Assembly: GCA_963693365.1 (NCBI GenBank)
Contig: CAVNZM010000016.1
Span: 6,369,029 to 6,433,028, forward strand
Direction of reading: 5' to 3'
From: Amoebidium appalachense
Lineage: Eukaryota; Protista; Ichthyosporea
DNA: 64,000 bases
The first letter of the stretch is position 1. The number at the start of each line of letters is the position of its first letter. The position numbers and the translations under genes were made by a program. The notes below the pieces were generated by a model. It was given only the letters and a program-made list of their open reading frames with translations. It ran no database searches and was not told the origin of the DNA. Positions 22,228 to 36,917 of this stretch are shown here, piece by piece.

Positions 22228-22571
22228 AATTTGGGGGGGAGGGGGAGGATGGGTGGGCCGGGGAGGGGGGGGAGGGGGGAGAGTGCGTCATGAAGTATGA
22301 AGTACATATAAACAACGGACACACGATGCAGAGTGCGAACCACACACAAAAGATTATGCATGGTACGCAGAGCCCATCCTCAGGGGGGGACCACGTCATC
22401 GCAGTACCCGCTGCCAGTGGGTGAGGGGCTGCAAACGAAAACAAATCAGCTCTTCTGCACATTCTCTCGGCAAGCCCACACGCTCACCTTTGATATATGT
22501 ATATACAAACAGGCTTAGGGTAGAATTTGGCGAAGAAGGGATGACATTGTGTGGGTGTGTGTGTGCTTGGG

Positions 22572-22608
<37 letters not shown>

Positions 22609-22858
22609 TGTATGCGTATGCGTTGGAGGGTTGGAAATATGGAGGAGACACTAATGGATAAAATCATGTCACAAGAACGGCAAAAAAAAACCCGAAATCA
22701 AACAATTTGAGTGTGCCGGCAGAAGACACTTGAACAGAGCCCATCTTAAGGGGGGTTCCTATGCCTCCACAAAAAGCATGCCTTGGGTTTCGAATCTTTA
22801 ACCTCTCGCGCGTGGTTCCCAACCCATACTCGTTTCAACAGCAATAGGCAAGTCCAGA

Positions 22859-22895
<37 letters not shown>

Positions 22896-23141
22896 CGTGG
22901 GAGATTGCTGGGCCGCATGTCACGTGTTCAGTGGGTATGAAAGTTTATTTATTTGGGGAGAGCCCCTGTGTGCACGTTCTGCGTGCATCAAAACCGTCAC
23001 GGGCAGATTGGCCATATTTGGGACTCACACCTCGGGAATACGTGTGGTAGCATAAGGTTGTGGTGGTGGGGACACGTTAGACTGCACATGCCGCAGTGAC
23101 AAGGAAGGACGGAGGGAGTGAGGGAGTGCGGAAGGGAAGCA

Positions 23142-23173
<32 letters not shown>

Positions 23174-23536
23174 AGGAACGTCGAATTCCTTCATTTCTCT
23201 AATTCTGGCAAAGCCGCGAGATCCATGGTGATGATATTCCGGCTTTCCGGCCAGGTTTTTTCCATGCAAAGATACAGGGCACACAATGAATATGCTTTTG
23301 GGGCCTGCGGGGGAAGGGGCCGGGAGGGGGGGGGGGGGGGTTTACACGGCACGAAACAGAGAGACAAGGAAAGCACCAACACAAACTATTGTCAGGGAAA
23401 TATCCAACATCAGGAGGTGTGGTATGAGCAGGAGGAGGAGGAGGAGAGCGGGGGGGGGATGTGTTATACAGTACAATGCAGAGTGTAAAATACACATAGG
23501 GGGAATGCATAAAAAGCAGACTCTAGCCCAACCCCG

Positions 23537-23568
<32 letters not shown>

Positions 23569-23628
23569 GGGGGAGGAGGAGGAGGAAAGGGCTCAACAAT
23601 CAACTGCACACCAACACTGCACCCTCCG

Positions 23629-23662
<34 letters not shown>

Positions 23663-23848
23663 CCCACCCACCCACACCTACATCCTGTTGCTACCTACGT
23701 AAAGTTTCCTCCCCATTTCCTCGGCAGCGATAAATGTAGGGAAAAATCTCACCGCAGCATATAATGTTCTGATGTCTCCTGCGAAAGACACAGATGTGGT
23801 TAGGTCACAGTGTGGGTGTGTGTAAGTGAGGTATACGGTTGTGTGTGT

Positions 23849-23918
23849 GGCCTCAGCTGTATAGGTCTAATCACATGGGATCATGTAATAAGCGGAAAAG
23901 AAATAAGAATCATCGGCC
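23849..23918 (-). ncRNA. Box C/D snoRNA, copy a
   Basis: GGCC-GATGA(C)...TTCTTTTCCGCTTATTAC-ATGA(D')...GTGATT(C')...CTGA(D)-GGCC. It ends 70 nt upstream of a 3' splice site (CTAAC branch, TTCGCAG at 23779). Confidence 0.8.
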
Positions 23919-24089
23919 AGAGATATTTGTGACGTTGGTGTTGGTGTGTGTGTGTGTGTGTGTGTGTGTCCTCTTTGGCAGAACCTCGATCCTACCTAAT
24001 CGTTTTTTTGATATCTCTTCTTAGTGTTTACTTCTTTCTCGAATACATTGTTGTCAAATATTACAAGCTCACTCCTTCCAACCTTGCTT

Positions 24090-24130
<41 letters not shown>

Positions 24131-24201
24131 GCTATTGCTCCCTAAGCATCGTGAGTAGCTTCAAGGAATGACCATGTGTTTCAATTCGGTTGGTCGGGGA
24201 G

Positions 24202-24249
<48 letters not shown>

Positions 24250-24309
24250 GGCGAATAACAAGGAAATGGAACACACAGACACACAGTAAGGATGTTCTGG
24301 TCTTCTCAT

Positions 24310-24347
<38 letters not shown>

Positions 24348-24434
24348 ATGTGAATATTAAGGCAGAGATAATTCAGAAGGACTGGCGGATGAGGGGGGCA
24401 GGTGAAGGTAGGGAAATGTGCTCCCAGGGCAGGG

Positions 24435-24471
<37 letters not shown>

Positions 24472-24621
24472 GGCGGGCATTACAGAAGAAATCACATGGC
24501 GGCTGAGGTGGAGAATGATACAAGTCGGCAGGAATTTGGACTCTGCAGGTCGGAAAAGGGTCAAAGAGTCAGTAGGCAGGTAGTGGGAGCTAATCTTGGA
24601 GAGAAAAACAGAATAGGGTAA

Positions 24622-24691
24622 GGCCTCAGCTGCATAGGTCTAATCACAAAGGATCATGTAATAAGCGGAAAAGAATGAAAAATCATCGGCC
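24622..24691 (-). ncRNA. Box C/D snoRNA, copy b
   Basis: Same boxes and guide; 79 nt upstream of the CTGCAG acceptor at 24543. Confidence 0.8.
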
Positions 24692-24908
24692 AGAGATGGT
24701 GGGTGTTGGTGTTGAAAGATGAGAAAAGGGAGGTGATTAATGAGCCATTCTGTCGAGGGGATATGAAGGTTAAGAAAAGTATTAGCGACATAGCCGTAAA
24801 AAAATGATGGTAGATAAGGAGGGCAGGGGAAGAAAAGGTAGGTGGTCGAAGTCGGTGTCGTATGAGAACAGAAAGAGATTTCAAGGGAGTAAGCAAAAAG
24901 GTGTGCAT

Positions 24909-24951
<43 letters not shown>

Positions 24952-25411
24952 GAATGCGGAACACGGTACGAAGTACGCATACACGATGAGAAGCATGGTG
25001 CAGGACACATGCAAAGGCAAACATTCAAGCATGCAACATCAGCCATGTGCACAGTATGCGTCATAAGCAGAGCCCATCCTCAGGGAGGGCCCACGTCATC
25101 AATTGTGTCTGAGTTTCGACCCCTTAGCCCGCGTATATACGACTCTCCAACTCAGACAGCAGCATCAACTGAACTTGGGAGGGTCAACCCGTCTTGATCA
25201 AAGACGAGCAGGGTTGCTTATGCAAGCAAGGTGAGCAAAACGGTGAAGATGTGTGTGCAAACTAATGCAGCTAATGCAGTGCAGCGAAAAATGTGTATGT
25301 GCTTACAGATGCACGACACAGAGCAACCATGCCCGGTTGCATGGAAGTAAAGGGGGGGGGGGGGGGGGGGGGGGGGGGGGTAAAACGCCAAGCAAGATTG
25401 TCCTTGAACTT

Positions 25412-25520
<109 letters not shown>

Positions 25521-25601
25521 AGCGTGCATGTGAGTAACCAGGTCGTGATGATTCAGAGGGATTGGCCGATGTGGCTGCAGGGGGAATGAAGGCAAATGAA
25601 A

Positions 25602-25645
<44 letters not shown>

Positions 25646-25694
25646 AGGGGAGGAAAGGGGGAGGGGGGGAGGGGGGGGGGGGGGGGGGGGGGGG

Positions 25695-25875
25695 TTTTGA
25701 ATGCGTCAAAAAGTACGAAGTACACAAGAACAAACGGATAACACGATGCAGAATGCAAGCCATACATAAAGAGTATGCATAATAAGCAGAGCCCATCCTC
25801 AGGGGGGGCCCACGTCATCCACAGTACCCGAGTTTCGACCTATTCCCCTCGTTAACGAAACCCAACTCAGATACT
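25695..25875 (-). repeat. Dispersed intronic cassette family A (near-identical copies at 29481-29610 and 58011-58153; diverged copies ~22281-22410, 24949-25160, 36113-36183, 58215-58290)
   Basis: GAAACTCGGGTACTGTGGATGACGTGGGCCCCCCCTGAGGATGGGCTCTGCTTATTATGCATACT...GTACTTCGTACTTTTTGACGCATTCAAA, usually bounded by poly-C/poly-G runs. Confidence 0.85.
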
Positions 25876-26047
25876 GTTTCACTTGAACATGAGTAGGTCG
25901 GGGGGGGGGGGCATTACCGATCGTGTAAATAATGTCGCGTTGGGTCCGTGGAGAATTATACACGACTTGGACTCTGCAAGCCATGAAAGGGTTAAAGAGT
26001 TAGTAGGTGGTGGAAGCTATTAATGTGTGGAAAACAGTAGGGGTTAA

Positions 26048-26116
26048 GCCCTCAGCTGCATGGTCTAATCACAGGGGATCATGTAATAAGCGGAAAAGAA
26101 TTAGAAATCATCGGCC
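26048..26116 (-). ncRNA. Box C/D snoRNA, copy c
   Basis: Same boxes and guide, with a 1-nt deletion before box D; 74 nt upstream of the acceptor at 25974. Confidence 0.75.
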
Positions 26117-26277
26117 AGAGAGGGTGGGTGTTGGTGTTGAAAGATGAAATTTAAGAAATAGCTGTAAACACCGTGATGGTAAGTAAGAAGGACAGGGGAA
26201 GAAAAGGTAGGTGGTCGGGGTCGGTTTCGTATGAGAACAGAAAGAGATTCCAAGGGAGTGAACAATAAGGTGTGCAT

Positions 26278-26313
<36 letters not shown>

Positions 26314-26560
26314 GGGAGGAGGGGGGTTGCCCGTGTACAACTAGGCGATAAGAAACACGGTGCAGCACATATACATCCTCATGGTGGGCAAAACCACTCA
26401 GCAAATTGTTCTTGAACTTGAGTTGTGTGTGTGTGTGTGTGTGTGCACTCGCACATGGTAAGGTAGTTGGATGATATGGAAGAGCCGGAAGATGAGAGGG
26501 GTAGGGGAAAAGCAATGAAATGGTAGCCCCGCCGGACAGGCAGGCGGGCAGGAGGGACGT

Positions 26561-26603
<43 letters not shown>

Positions 26604-26758
26604 CACTTACAGATAGATTTAAAAAAAGCCATTTTCGGAGTTCGAGGTGAAGAACAATACAGGGGGTCGGCAGTTGGACCCTGCAGGGTGTGCAAGGGTA
26701 AAAGAGTTAGTGGACAGGTGGTGGGAGCTGATAATATGCCGAAAACAGAAGAGGTTAA

Positions 26759-26828
26759 GGCCTCAGCTGCATAGGTCTAATCACATGGGATCATGTAATA
26801 AGCGGAAAAGAAAGAGAAATCATCGGCC
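26759..26828 (-). ncRNA. Box C/D snoRNA, copy d
   Basis: GGCCGATGATTTCTCTTTCTTTTCCGCTTATTACATGATCCCATGTGATTAGACCTATGCAGCTGAGGCC; 78 nt upstream of the acceptor at 26681. Confidence 0.8.
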
Positions 26829-26845
26829 ATATGCGTTGGAGGTGT

Positions 26846-26891
<46 letters not shown>

Positions 26892-27224
26892 TGTGAGTAA
26901 GTAGTTAGTGATTGCCCTAAGGGACTGGCATATGAAGGAGAAGGGGGAAAGCAGGGAAATGAGCCCCGGGGGGGGGGGGGGGGGGGGGGGGGGGGCATTA
27001 CGGTTTTAATTAACTTGGAAACTCGGGGAGGAGAGGGAGGGAGGGAAGGGGAGGGGGGGGGGCTTCCAGATGAAGTCACATGGTGGCTGAGGTAACTCAC
27101 ATGGTGACTGAGGGGAAGAATGATACGAGGTGGTCGGAATTTGGACTCTGCAGGTCGTGAAAGGGTTAAAGGGTCAGTGGACAGGTGGTGGGAGCTGTTA
27201 ATATGTGAAACCAGAGAGGGGTAA

Positions 27225-27294
27225 GGCCTCAGCTGCATAGGTCTAATCACATGGGATCATGTAATAAGCGGAAAAGAAATAAGAATCATCGGCC
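27225..27294 (-). ncRNA. Box C/D snoRNA, copy e
   Basis: Same boxes and guide; 77 nt upstream of the acceptor at 27148, which is followed by a mini-exon ending CAT|GTGAGT. Confidence 0.8.
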
Positions 27295-27453
27295 AGAGAT
27301 GGTGATGGTGATGGTGTGTGTGTGTGTGTATGCGCGCATGTGTGTGTACATGTGAACTGTGGGGTATTGATGATGATAATGATAAAAAGGCTGAAAGATG
27401 AAGGGGCAGGGGGAAAGCTGGAAACGATAGGGAGGGGGAGGACCGGGGCGGAA

Positions 27454-27492
<39 letters not shown>

Positions 27493-27615
27493 TACATTTA
27501 GCGTTGACGATGTGTCCGTGTGTGAGCTCGACGCGGAGAACATCACAAAGTGGTTGGATTTGGAATCTGCAGGAAAGGGTTAAAGTGTTAGTGGACAGGT
27601 GGTGGGAGCTGTTAA

Positions 27616-28159
27616 GGAGACTCTTGGATTTTAGTTAAAAAACGGGGGTGCGCAACGGATCGAGATCGACCAAATTCCATAATCGATCCAGTCGATCAAT
27701 TGATGCCGAACTGTCCGAAAGTTCGATTTGCACTATAAACCCCGCTTAGATCCTGGACGATTGACCGCATAAAGTTTGGGAGATAATGAAATTTCACTTA
27801 GAAAGTGGGGGGTAATTACCCAATAAAAATTTTGTCCGGGCAAGTGGTAGGCCTCGGTTGAGGCAACCATCTTTTGCTTAGCATAAGCAATTATGGAGAG
27901 GGTATAATAAGATCTTACGAGGGGCTGTAAGTAAAACTTTGCTATTGTAATCACCCCCCACTTTATTAGTAGGATTTTATTTTCAGGGCAAATTTATGCG
28001 GTCATTCTCTCTGGATCTAGCGTCGAAATTTTGACAGATTGTAATCAAAAGCCCCGAAAGTGACAATTTTAGCCGGGGTATACATATTGGAATTTGATCG
28101 ATTCCGATCGATTGGATCCCCCGATCACATTGCCGGCAAAAACCATCCCCTAAGTCTCC
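27616..28159. mobile_element. Foldback MITE (Kolobok-like termini) inserted between snoRNA f and its branch point
   Basis: Absent from the sister modules. Termini GGAGACT..AGTCTCC, left flank TTAA, long internal imperfect inverted repeats (TGACCGCATAAA..AAAGTGGGGGGTAATTAC / GTAATCACCCCCCACTTT..TTTATGCGGTCA). The right TTAA is missing. Confidence 0.7.
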
Positions 28160-28177
28160 GAAAACAGAAGAGGTTAA

Positions 28178-28247
28178 GGCCTCAGCTGCATAGGTTTAAT
28201 CATATGGGATCATGTAATAAGCGGAAAAGAAAGGGAAATCATCGGCC
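28178..28247 (-). ncRNA. Box C/D snoRNA, copy f
   Basis: Same boxes and invariant D' guide. It is separated from its acceptor (27567) by the MITE. Confidence 0.75.
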
Positions 28248-31200
28248 AAAGAGGGTGTTGAAAGTGTTGAAATATAGAAAGTTTTCGGTGGAATAAGTTA
28301 ATTAGAAAGACAAGGAGAAAGAGGGGTGCAAAGAGTATACATCATAAGCAAAGCCCATCTTTCGGAGGGGGGCGGGGGGGGGGGGGGGGGGGGGGGGGGA
28401 AAGCAGGAACAGGAAGCCAAAACTTGCGAAAGTACATGCGTGCGTGTGTTGGGGGGGAGGGGGAAAGAGGGTAGAATGCATTGCAGAGTACTAAGTACAC
28501 AATCATGACGGACGACCCAATGCGAGTGGCAAACCACACAGAAGTATGACTAATGATGAGGAGGGGGGGCCCCGGGGGGGGGGGGGGGGGGGGGGGGGAA
28601 CATGTAAAACATTTTACAGAGTGCTGAGACAGGGGAAGGGATTGCAGAAAAGAAAACAGTATGTCCATTGGATTCCTGGGCCCAGTGTTTGTGTGTGTAA
28701 GTGTGTGTATGTGTGTGTTTTTGGGGGGGTGGTGGTGGGGGGGAAAGCTTGCTTGGTGGGCTTGGCAAAAGAAACGAAAGCTGATGGATGGATGGAAGGA
28801 AGGGGAGGGAGGGAGGGGCGAAGGGGAAATACCGTAATAAGACCTTTCCTGCCGCGTTGCATCCAAGCCAGCCCATCTTGACTCGCTCCATCCGGGCACA
28901 ATCACGGTTAACCTCAGGAATTGTGAGCTGTGAACAAGAAGTCAGCAATCATACACACACGACAACTTTCACTTGTTATTCCCTGCATCCATATGTGCAT
29001 GGACTATTAGTGTTTGCTATGAAACTGATGGGAAAAGGGATGGAATCGGTAATTTAAGGTTGTAGGTATTTGGGGGGAGGGAGGGGGTAGAATGCAGAAC
29101 ACGGTACGAAGTACAACTACGCGATGAGAGCCCTGTTCAGAACATATGTAAAAAGGGGGGGGGGGGGGGGGGGGGAGGGGGGGGGATAGAATGCGTTACA
29201 GTATAAGGAAAACACATTCACGACCGATAATACAATGCAGAAGTAGAGTCCATCCTCCCAAAGAGATATGGGGGGGGGGGGGTGCTTTACAGAGTACAAG
29301 ACTGAGATCCATCGGGTTGCGGGGAAGAAAGAGAAGGGAGGGGGTCGAGGGTCCGCGCAGGGGGGGGGGGGGGGGGGGGGGGGGGGGGAGGTTTGGGATG
29401 TGTTACAGAGCACATAAGGTGTACACACATTCAAGAAGGAAAAACAATACAGAAATAAGAAGAGGAGGGGGGGAAGGGGGGTTTTGAATGCGTCAAAAAG
29501 TACGAAGTACACAAGAACAAACGGATAACACGATGCAGAATGCAAGCCATACATAAAGAGTATGCATAATAAGCAGAGCCCATCCTCAGGGGGGGCCCAC
29601 GTCATCCACAGGGGGGGGGGTGGAGGGGAGAGCTCTGGCCCAGGCAGCACACAGTGGTTATAGTCATAATGTAAAGATGAAAGGGTCCAAGCGATTCAAT
29701 AGAGTCAAATGCAGCTGTGGTGAAGAAGAAAGGTTAAATGGGGGAAATATGTATGTGTGGTGGTTGCAAGCAAGCCTTGTTAGAGGGAAAGGGTGGGGAA
29801 GGGGGGGAGAGGGGGGGGGGGGGGGGGAGGAGAGGAAAGAGGAAGGGAAGCCGCCGAGGGGGGGGGGAGGGGGGGGGGGGGGAGGGGGGATATGGGACTA
29901 GGCTTGGAAGCCACAAGAAGTTAGTTACATGTGTTTCCAATAGAACGACAACGTCTGTCTCATTCCCCTCCCTCCACCCTCCACCGTCTTCTCCCCTCCC
30001 CCCCCCCCCCACCTCCCGGTTTTCAGACACACATGCCTCACTTTTCTAGTCTCTCCATAAACCCCTTTCCCATCATCCCCGGCCGAAATAAACACTCCCA
30101 TCCCCATCCCCTCTCCTCCCCCAGCTCTACCCATTCCCCCCCCCCCCCCCCACAAATAAAAATACAATCCCAGGGGGGTGGCGGCATAACCACTTACCAG
30201 GCACCATCATGAACACCGTCATCAGTTACACCAACGAGATCTCCACAACATGCACAGTCTTGACCTTCAGGACCCATCACGACGCTGCAACCAAAACATT
30301 TTTTCAATTCTTTGACGCACAGAGGTTTACAGGCTCCCACTTGCCCCCCCTCTCTCCGCCCCTCCCCCTTCCCCCCCTCTCCAGTATGTACAAAAGCAAT
30401 TCTATGTCCACTCCATCATCTCTACAGAGCCACTGTGCAATCTCCTCACGACAGATTAACTTCCGGCCAATCAACTACATCTTAGACCCGCCGAGGGACA
30501 TGTGTCGGTTTCGTTGATCGGCAAGGAAGTATACGACAAGACGGGTAAAGTTCGATGAAGCAAAGAACGATGAGTGGGCAACAATAACAGCAGTCGGAGA
30601 ACTGGCGGGGAGGGGAGAGGAGGGTAGGGGGGGGAGGGGGAGAGGGGAGGGCAAGCAGAGACTAAAGCTAGGCCTCAGAAGGGTGATGTTTCAGGGGGGA
30701 AAGTGGACACCCAGGGCGGGGGCAGAGGAAGACAGCAACCAGGCAAGTGAAAGCCGGAAAGAGGGGGGCGTGAGATGCATGCATGGGGCAACAGGCAACC
30801 ACGCACACAAAGAAAGCTTTCAAAGTAAGACGTTGCACACAAAAACGCTAGTGAAAACACCCAAGATGACACTCACCTCAACCCAACTCGAAACGACGAT
30901 CTGCAGATGAAACTTACACATTAACCGTGACTGCCTCTCTAGGTTAGGTGGCAAGTACAATGAAATACCCATGCCTGCAGCGATGCACTAAATCTGGCCA
31001 ATGGATCTCTGTTTAGCGGTCGCTTTGTTGGTGCATCTACACCTGAGAAAACCCCTACAGAAAACACCACGAACCGCCTAGCAAGAAGAGATGAACCCAG
31101 GTTGCTCAACGCCGTAGCACCATTTAAAGAACATATAAAGGAATAGCAACTCCAAACTTGCGTAGACAGCAACAAAACACTACAAAAATAAGGGAAAAAA

Positions 31201-31299
31201 CACGCGAGTACAAACGTGAAAACTGCACCGGAACCTTTTCGCTTTCGGAATTCGAAGTCGGCAGAACGGACCCACGAGGAAAAAAAGTTGCAGCCGAAA

Positions 31300-32858
<1,559 letters not shown>

Positions 32859-34110
32859 ATGCTGCGCTGTGAAATATGAAAGCTGCCCGGGTGCCTTGGT
32901 GGGTGTGCAGGTATAGCTTTTTTTTAAAAAACATTGTTTTTGGGTTAGTTTTTTTTTTTTTTTTTTTTTTTTAGAATTATGATGCAGGGCGGTAATCTAC
33001 GAGCTGTAAATTCTGCGTTCTGGCCCGTCTGCCCGGAGCAGTTCGGGTGCAGGCCTGTATTGTAAGCGCTGACCGTACCACGTAATAAACTGATTCTTAG
33101 CATGCCCCCGATGGGGGCGTGAACAAAACGTCTGGTGCAAATTGTTGTTCATTGATGATTACCCTGGCAACACAACAGAAACCTTGTTCCCCCCCATGAT
33201 CACGTCTGGTTTCTGAACGTTGCTTCCCCGTGCAGCTGCACGGGGGGGGAGGTGATGTCTCAATTCGGCATACTACTCTACGTGAAGGTACCACCCCTAC
33301 CCTCTACCCAGCTTATGCTCGTCTCCTCTCAGCCGTCACTCTTTCTCCTCCCGTCCCCTCAGACACAAACTTGCTCTTCTCTTCTCCCCTGTCCCTTCCC
33401 CTCATATCGAGCTTCGCGTCTCTTCTCCCCTCTCCCTACCTTTTACATAAATCCTCTTGTCTGTCTCCTTCTCCCTTCTTCCCACATGAACCTTCTCGTC
33501 CCTTCTCCTCCTCCCTTCCCCTCTCATTTGGTTTTGCTCGTCTCCTTTCCCCCTCATATAGACATAAACCTGCATGTATTCTCCCCTCCACTTTTTCTTC
33601 ACATAAACTGCTCGTCTCTTCTCCCCTCTCTCCCTCCCTCACATAGGCATACGCCTGGCAGTGCTCGTCTCTTCCCCCTTCCCCCCCCACCCCTCTCCCT
33701 CCCCCCTCCTACATAGTCGTGCTCGTCGTTTACCTCTCCATCTTCTAGCCATGTGTTCTCTTTTACCTCTCTACCTCCCCTCACGCGCACCCCCCTTTGC
33801 CCTACCCCCCGTTGCCCTCTCCTTCCCTCTCTAGCTTCCACACATGCTACACTCTCTACCTCCCCTTATATAAACGTGCATGTTTCCTCCCCCTTTCCCC
33901 ATCGTAGCATTGCTGCTGTAACGGATTGTTATCTTGGCCTTCCCCTTCCATCTAAACCCCAACACAAAGCCTAATTATCTCTGTTTCTTAGTTCTATAAA
34001 ACATCCTTGTATTTCCCGCTTGCAGTGAACACCCCCCCCCCCCCCCCCCCCCCCTTCCCCCGCCCCCCTCAAGCCCGTTCTCTCTCTTTCTCTCTCTCTC
34101 CCTCTCCCTC

Positions 34111-34142
<32 letters not shown>

Positions 34143-34594
34143 ACCCCCCGTCTCCACCTCCTCCTCCTCCCCACCCATGTGCTCGTTCTACGAATTCTGC
34201 ATTGTACTGTCCATCAGGATGTGTACTTGGTACTCTGTATCTCATCCCCCCCCCCCCTCCCCTCCCTTGACAACCTTGAAGCATCGTTTAATTACTATTG
34301 TTTCTCATATCTCCCTCCCTTCCCTCCCTCCCTCCCTCTTTCCCTCTCCCTCCTTCCCGCCCTCCCTCCCTCTTTCCCTCTCCCTCCCTCCCTCCCTCTC
34401 CCTCTTTGGCTTTCTCTCCCTACCTCCCTCCCTCCCTCCTTCCTTCCGTTTCCCTCTCTCCCTCTTCCCCATTCTCCCCCCTCCCCAACCTTCCCCCCTT
34501 TCCCCCTTCCCCCCCTTCCGTCCTCTTTCCCCCCCCCCCCCCCCCATTCTCTCCCCCTCCCCCCGCCCCCCCTCTCTCTCTCTGACCTCCCTAC

Positions 34595-34641
<47 letters not shown>

Positions 34642-35905
34642 AGCTACCTGTTCAACACATCAAAACGACAGGACGGATGTATCTTCCTTTTTCCCAGCCT
34701 ACCATGTATGACCTTTCACCTTCACGGCCCCTTTTTCGTCAAAATCACTTCACTTGCCTTCTCCCTCCTTCTAACGTGAGTCCCCCCCCCCCCTCCCCGG
34801 CCGCCCCCGCCATTTGTTAGTGCACGTCTACATTCTGTTTTTGACCACTTACAGCATTTTTGTCCCCCTCCGCCCTTCCCCCTCCCCCTTTTTTCACATC
34901 ACATTCCATTTACATCGTCCGCTTCTATCTGCCCTACAATCTCTCCGAAACCATCTCTCTCCTGCTTACAGACAGTTCCACGACTCCTCCCTCTCTGAAA
35001 CCCCCCATGCCCTCTTCGATCCAAGTTTGGTGACTCTCCCCCCCCCCCCCCTCCCCCCCCCCCCCCCCCCCCCCCCCCACACACACACACTCCCTCCCCA
35101 CACCCCCCCCCCCCCCCTTCCCCTCCTCATCTCCCCCCCCCCTCCACCTCCCCCCCTCTCCCCCCCCCCCTCCCCCCCCCCCCCCCCCGGGGGCACCATC
35201 ACCACCACCACCACCACCTTCCTCCTGCCTGTGATAGATTTTACCCCTCCCCCCCCCCCACCTCCCTCTTGCCATGACGCCATTCCACAAATTGTATCCA
35301 TGTTCCTCCCTCGGTTTCCTCTGGGCCTGTACGTCTCCCCCTCCCCCCCCCCCTCCCCCCTCCTCCCGTCGCAGGGGCCCCTTCCCTCCTCCGCCTCTCC
35401 AATGTGTGAGCTGCATTCTGGTCTCTCCGAAACTTTTCTGTTTCTCTCTCTGGCTATGATGTGGTTTCTCTACTACCACCACTCTGCCCCCTCTCCCCGT
35501 TTGTGAATCTCTCTATTCTCCTCCTTCCTTTTCTCTGTTCCCCCCATATCCGTTTGTTTCCCCCCCTGTCTCTCACTGCACACAGTCAACATTTCTTCAT
35601 ACCTCCCACCCACAGCTACTTTCCCTGAACTCCCGTCCTCCCCGACCTACTTGGGTTCCCCCCTCCTCCCCCCCCCGGTCTGTTTCTCTCTCTCTCGCTG
35701 TGATGTGCTTTCTTTATCTCGAGCCCCCTCCCCTGCCCCCCAACACCTCCCCTCCCCCCCCCTCCCCCCCTTCTCTCTCTCCCTGCCCCCCAACACTTCC
35801 CCCCTCCTCCCCCCCCCCCCCCCCCCCCCCTTCCCTCCCCCTGCCCCCTCCACTGCCATTCAACCACAGCTGTTTCCCAGCCTCTCTTCTTCTTTGTCTC
35901 TGGTC

Positions 35906-35938
<33 letters not shown>

Positions 35939-36868
35939 GGTTTCGTCCGAAAACGGCCACACTGCTTGAGGCTCAAGTTACTCCTCTGTGTTCTTTCTTC
36001 TACCCGAGGCTCAATCAAACTCCAGCCCCCCCTCTCCCCCCCCCCTCCGTTTACTCTCCATCCAACATTCATATGTTTCCCTTGCTCTCCTCCGGTGATT
36101 ATCCCTTTCCCCCCTTTGCATGTGTCCTGCACCATGCTTCTCGTCGTGTATGCGTACTTCGTACCGTGTTCCGCATTCAACCCCCCCCCTCCCCCCCCCC
36201 CCCTGCCTGCACGCTTAAAATATTTTGATTTTGGATTTCCCACCTTTGTGACGCTTTGTTGTTGCTCTTTGTTGTCTCTCCATATTTCCAACCCTCTAAT
36301 GCATACATCACCCCCCCCCCCCCCCCCCCCCCCCCCTTCCCCCTTCCCCGCGTGCCCTAACACCAGATTCACCTGTAAGAGAATGGCCTGTAAACCCCTA
36401 CCCTTTGATTCATGCCCCTCTTCTGGCCTCCCCTCCCCCCCCCCCCCCCCCCCCCACCCACCCCCCTCCACACACACACGCACACACCCGCCTTCCTTCT
36501 CCCCACCCTCGAGCATCAGATCCGGACCTCCCTCATACTCTTGCATGCAGTTCCCACCACCAATACACCCCCTCCCCTTCCCCCCCTCCTCCTCCCTACC
36601 CTCCCTCCTCCCCCTCCCCTCCCCTCCCCCCCTCCCCCCCCTCCTCCTCCCTACCCTCCCTCCTCCCCCTCCCCTCCCTTTCCTCCCCCCTCCCCATCCA
36701 CCCTCCCCCTCCCCCCCCCCACACACACTCCCCAAGCTTCTGGCCCCCGCAAAAGTTTCCCGAAGCCCAGATCATAGGCAGCCAAGCGCCCCACTCCCCC
36801 TCTTCCCCTCCCCCCTTCGCCCCCCCTCCCCCTCCCCCCCCCCCCCCCCCAACCACCACCACCACCAC

Positions 36869-36917
<49 letters not shown>

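Noticed and set aside
25787-25875. Hammerhead ribozyme or SECIS in cassette A (GAAA ... CTGAGGA; ATGA..GA)
   Set aside because: Stems II and III do not form around the core, and the SECIS helix length and apical AA loop are absent.
26765-26782. Box D guide targeting 18S UGCAUGUCUAA
   Set aside because: Complementarity is interrupted and this segment varies among copies, unlike the D' guide.
33152-33216. Possible solitary C/D snoRNA (TTGATGA..CAGA..ATGATCA..CTGA) after GAPDH
   Set aside because: No recognisable rRNA/snRNA antisense element, no terminal stem, single copy, and it could arise by chance.
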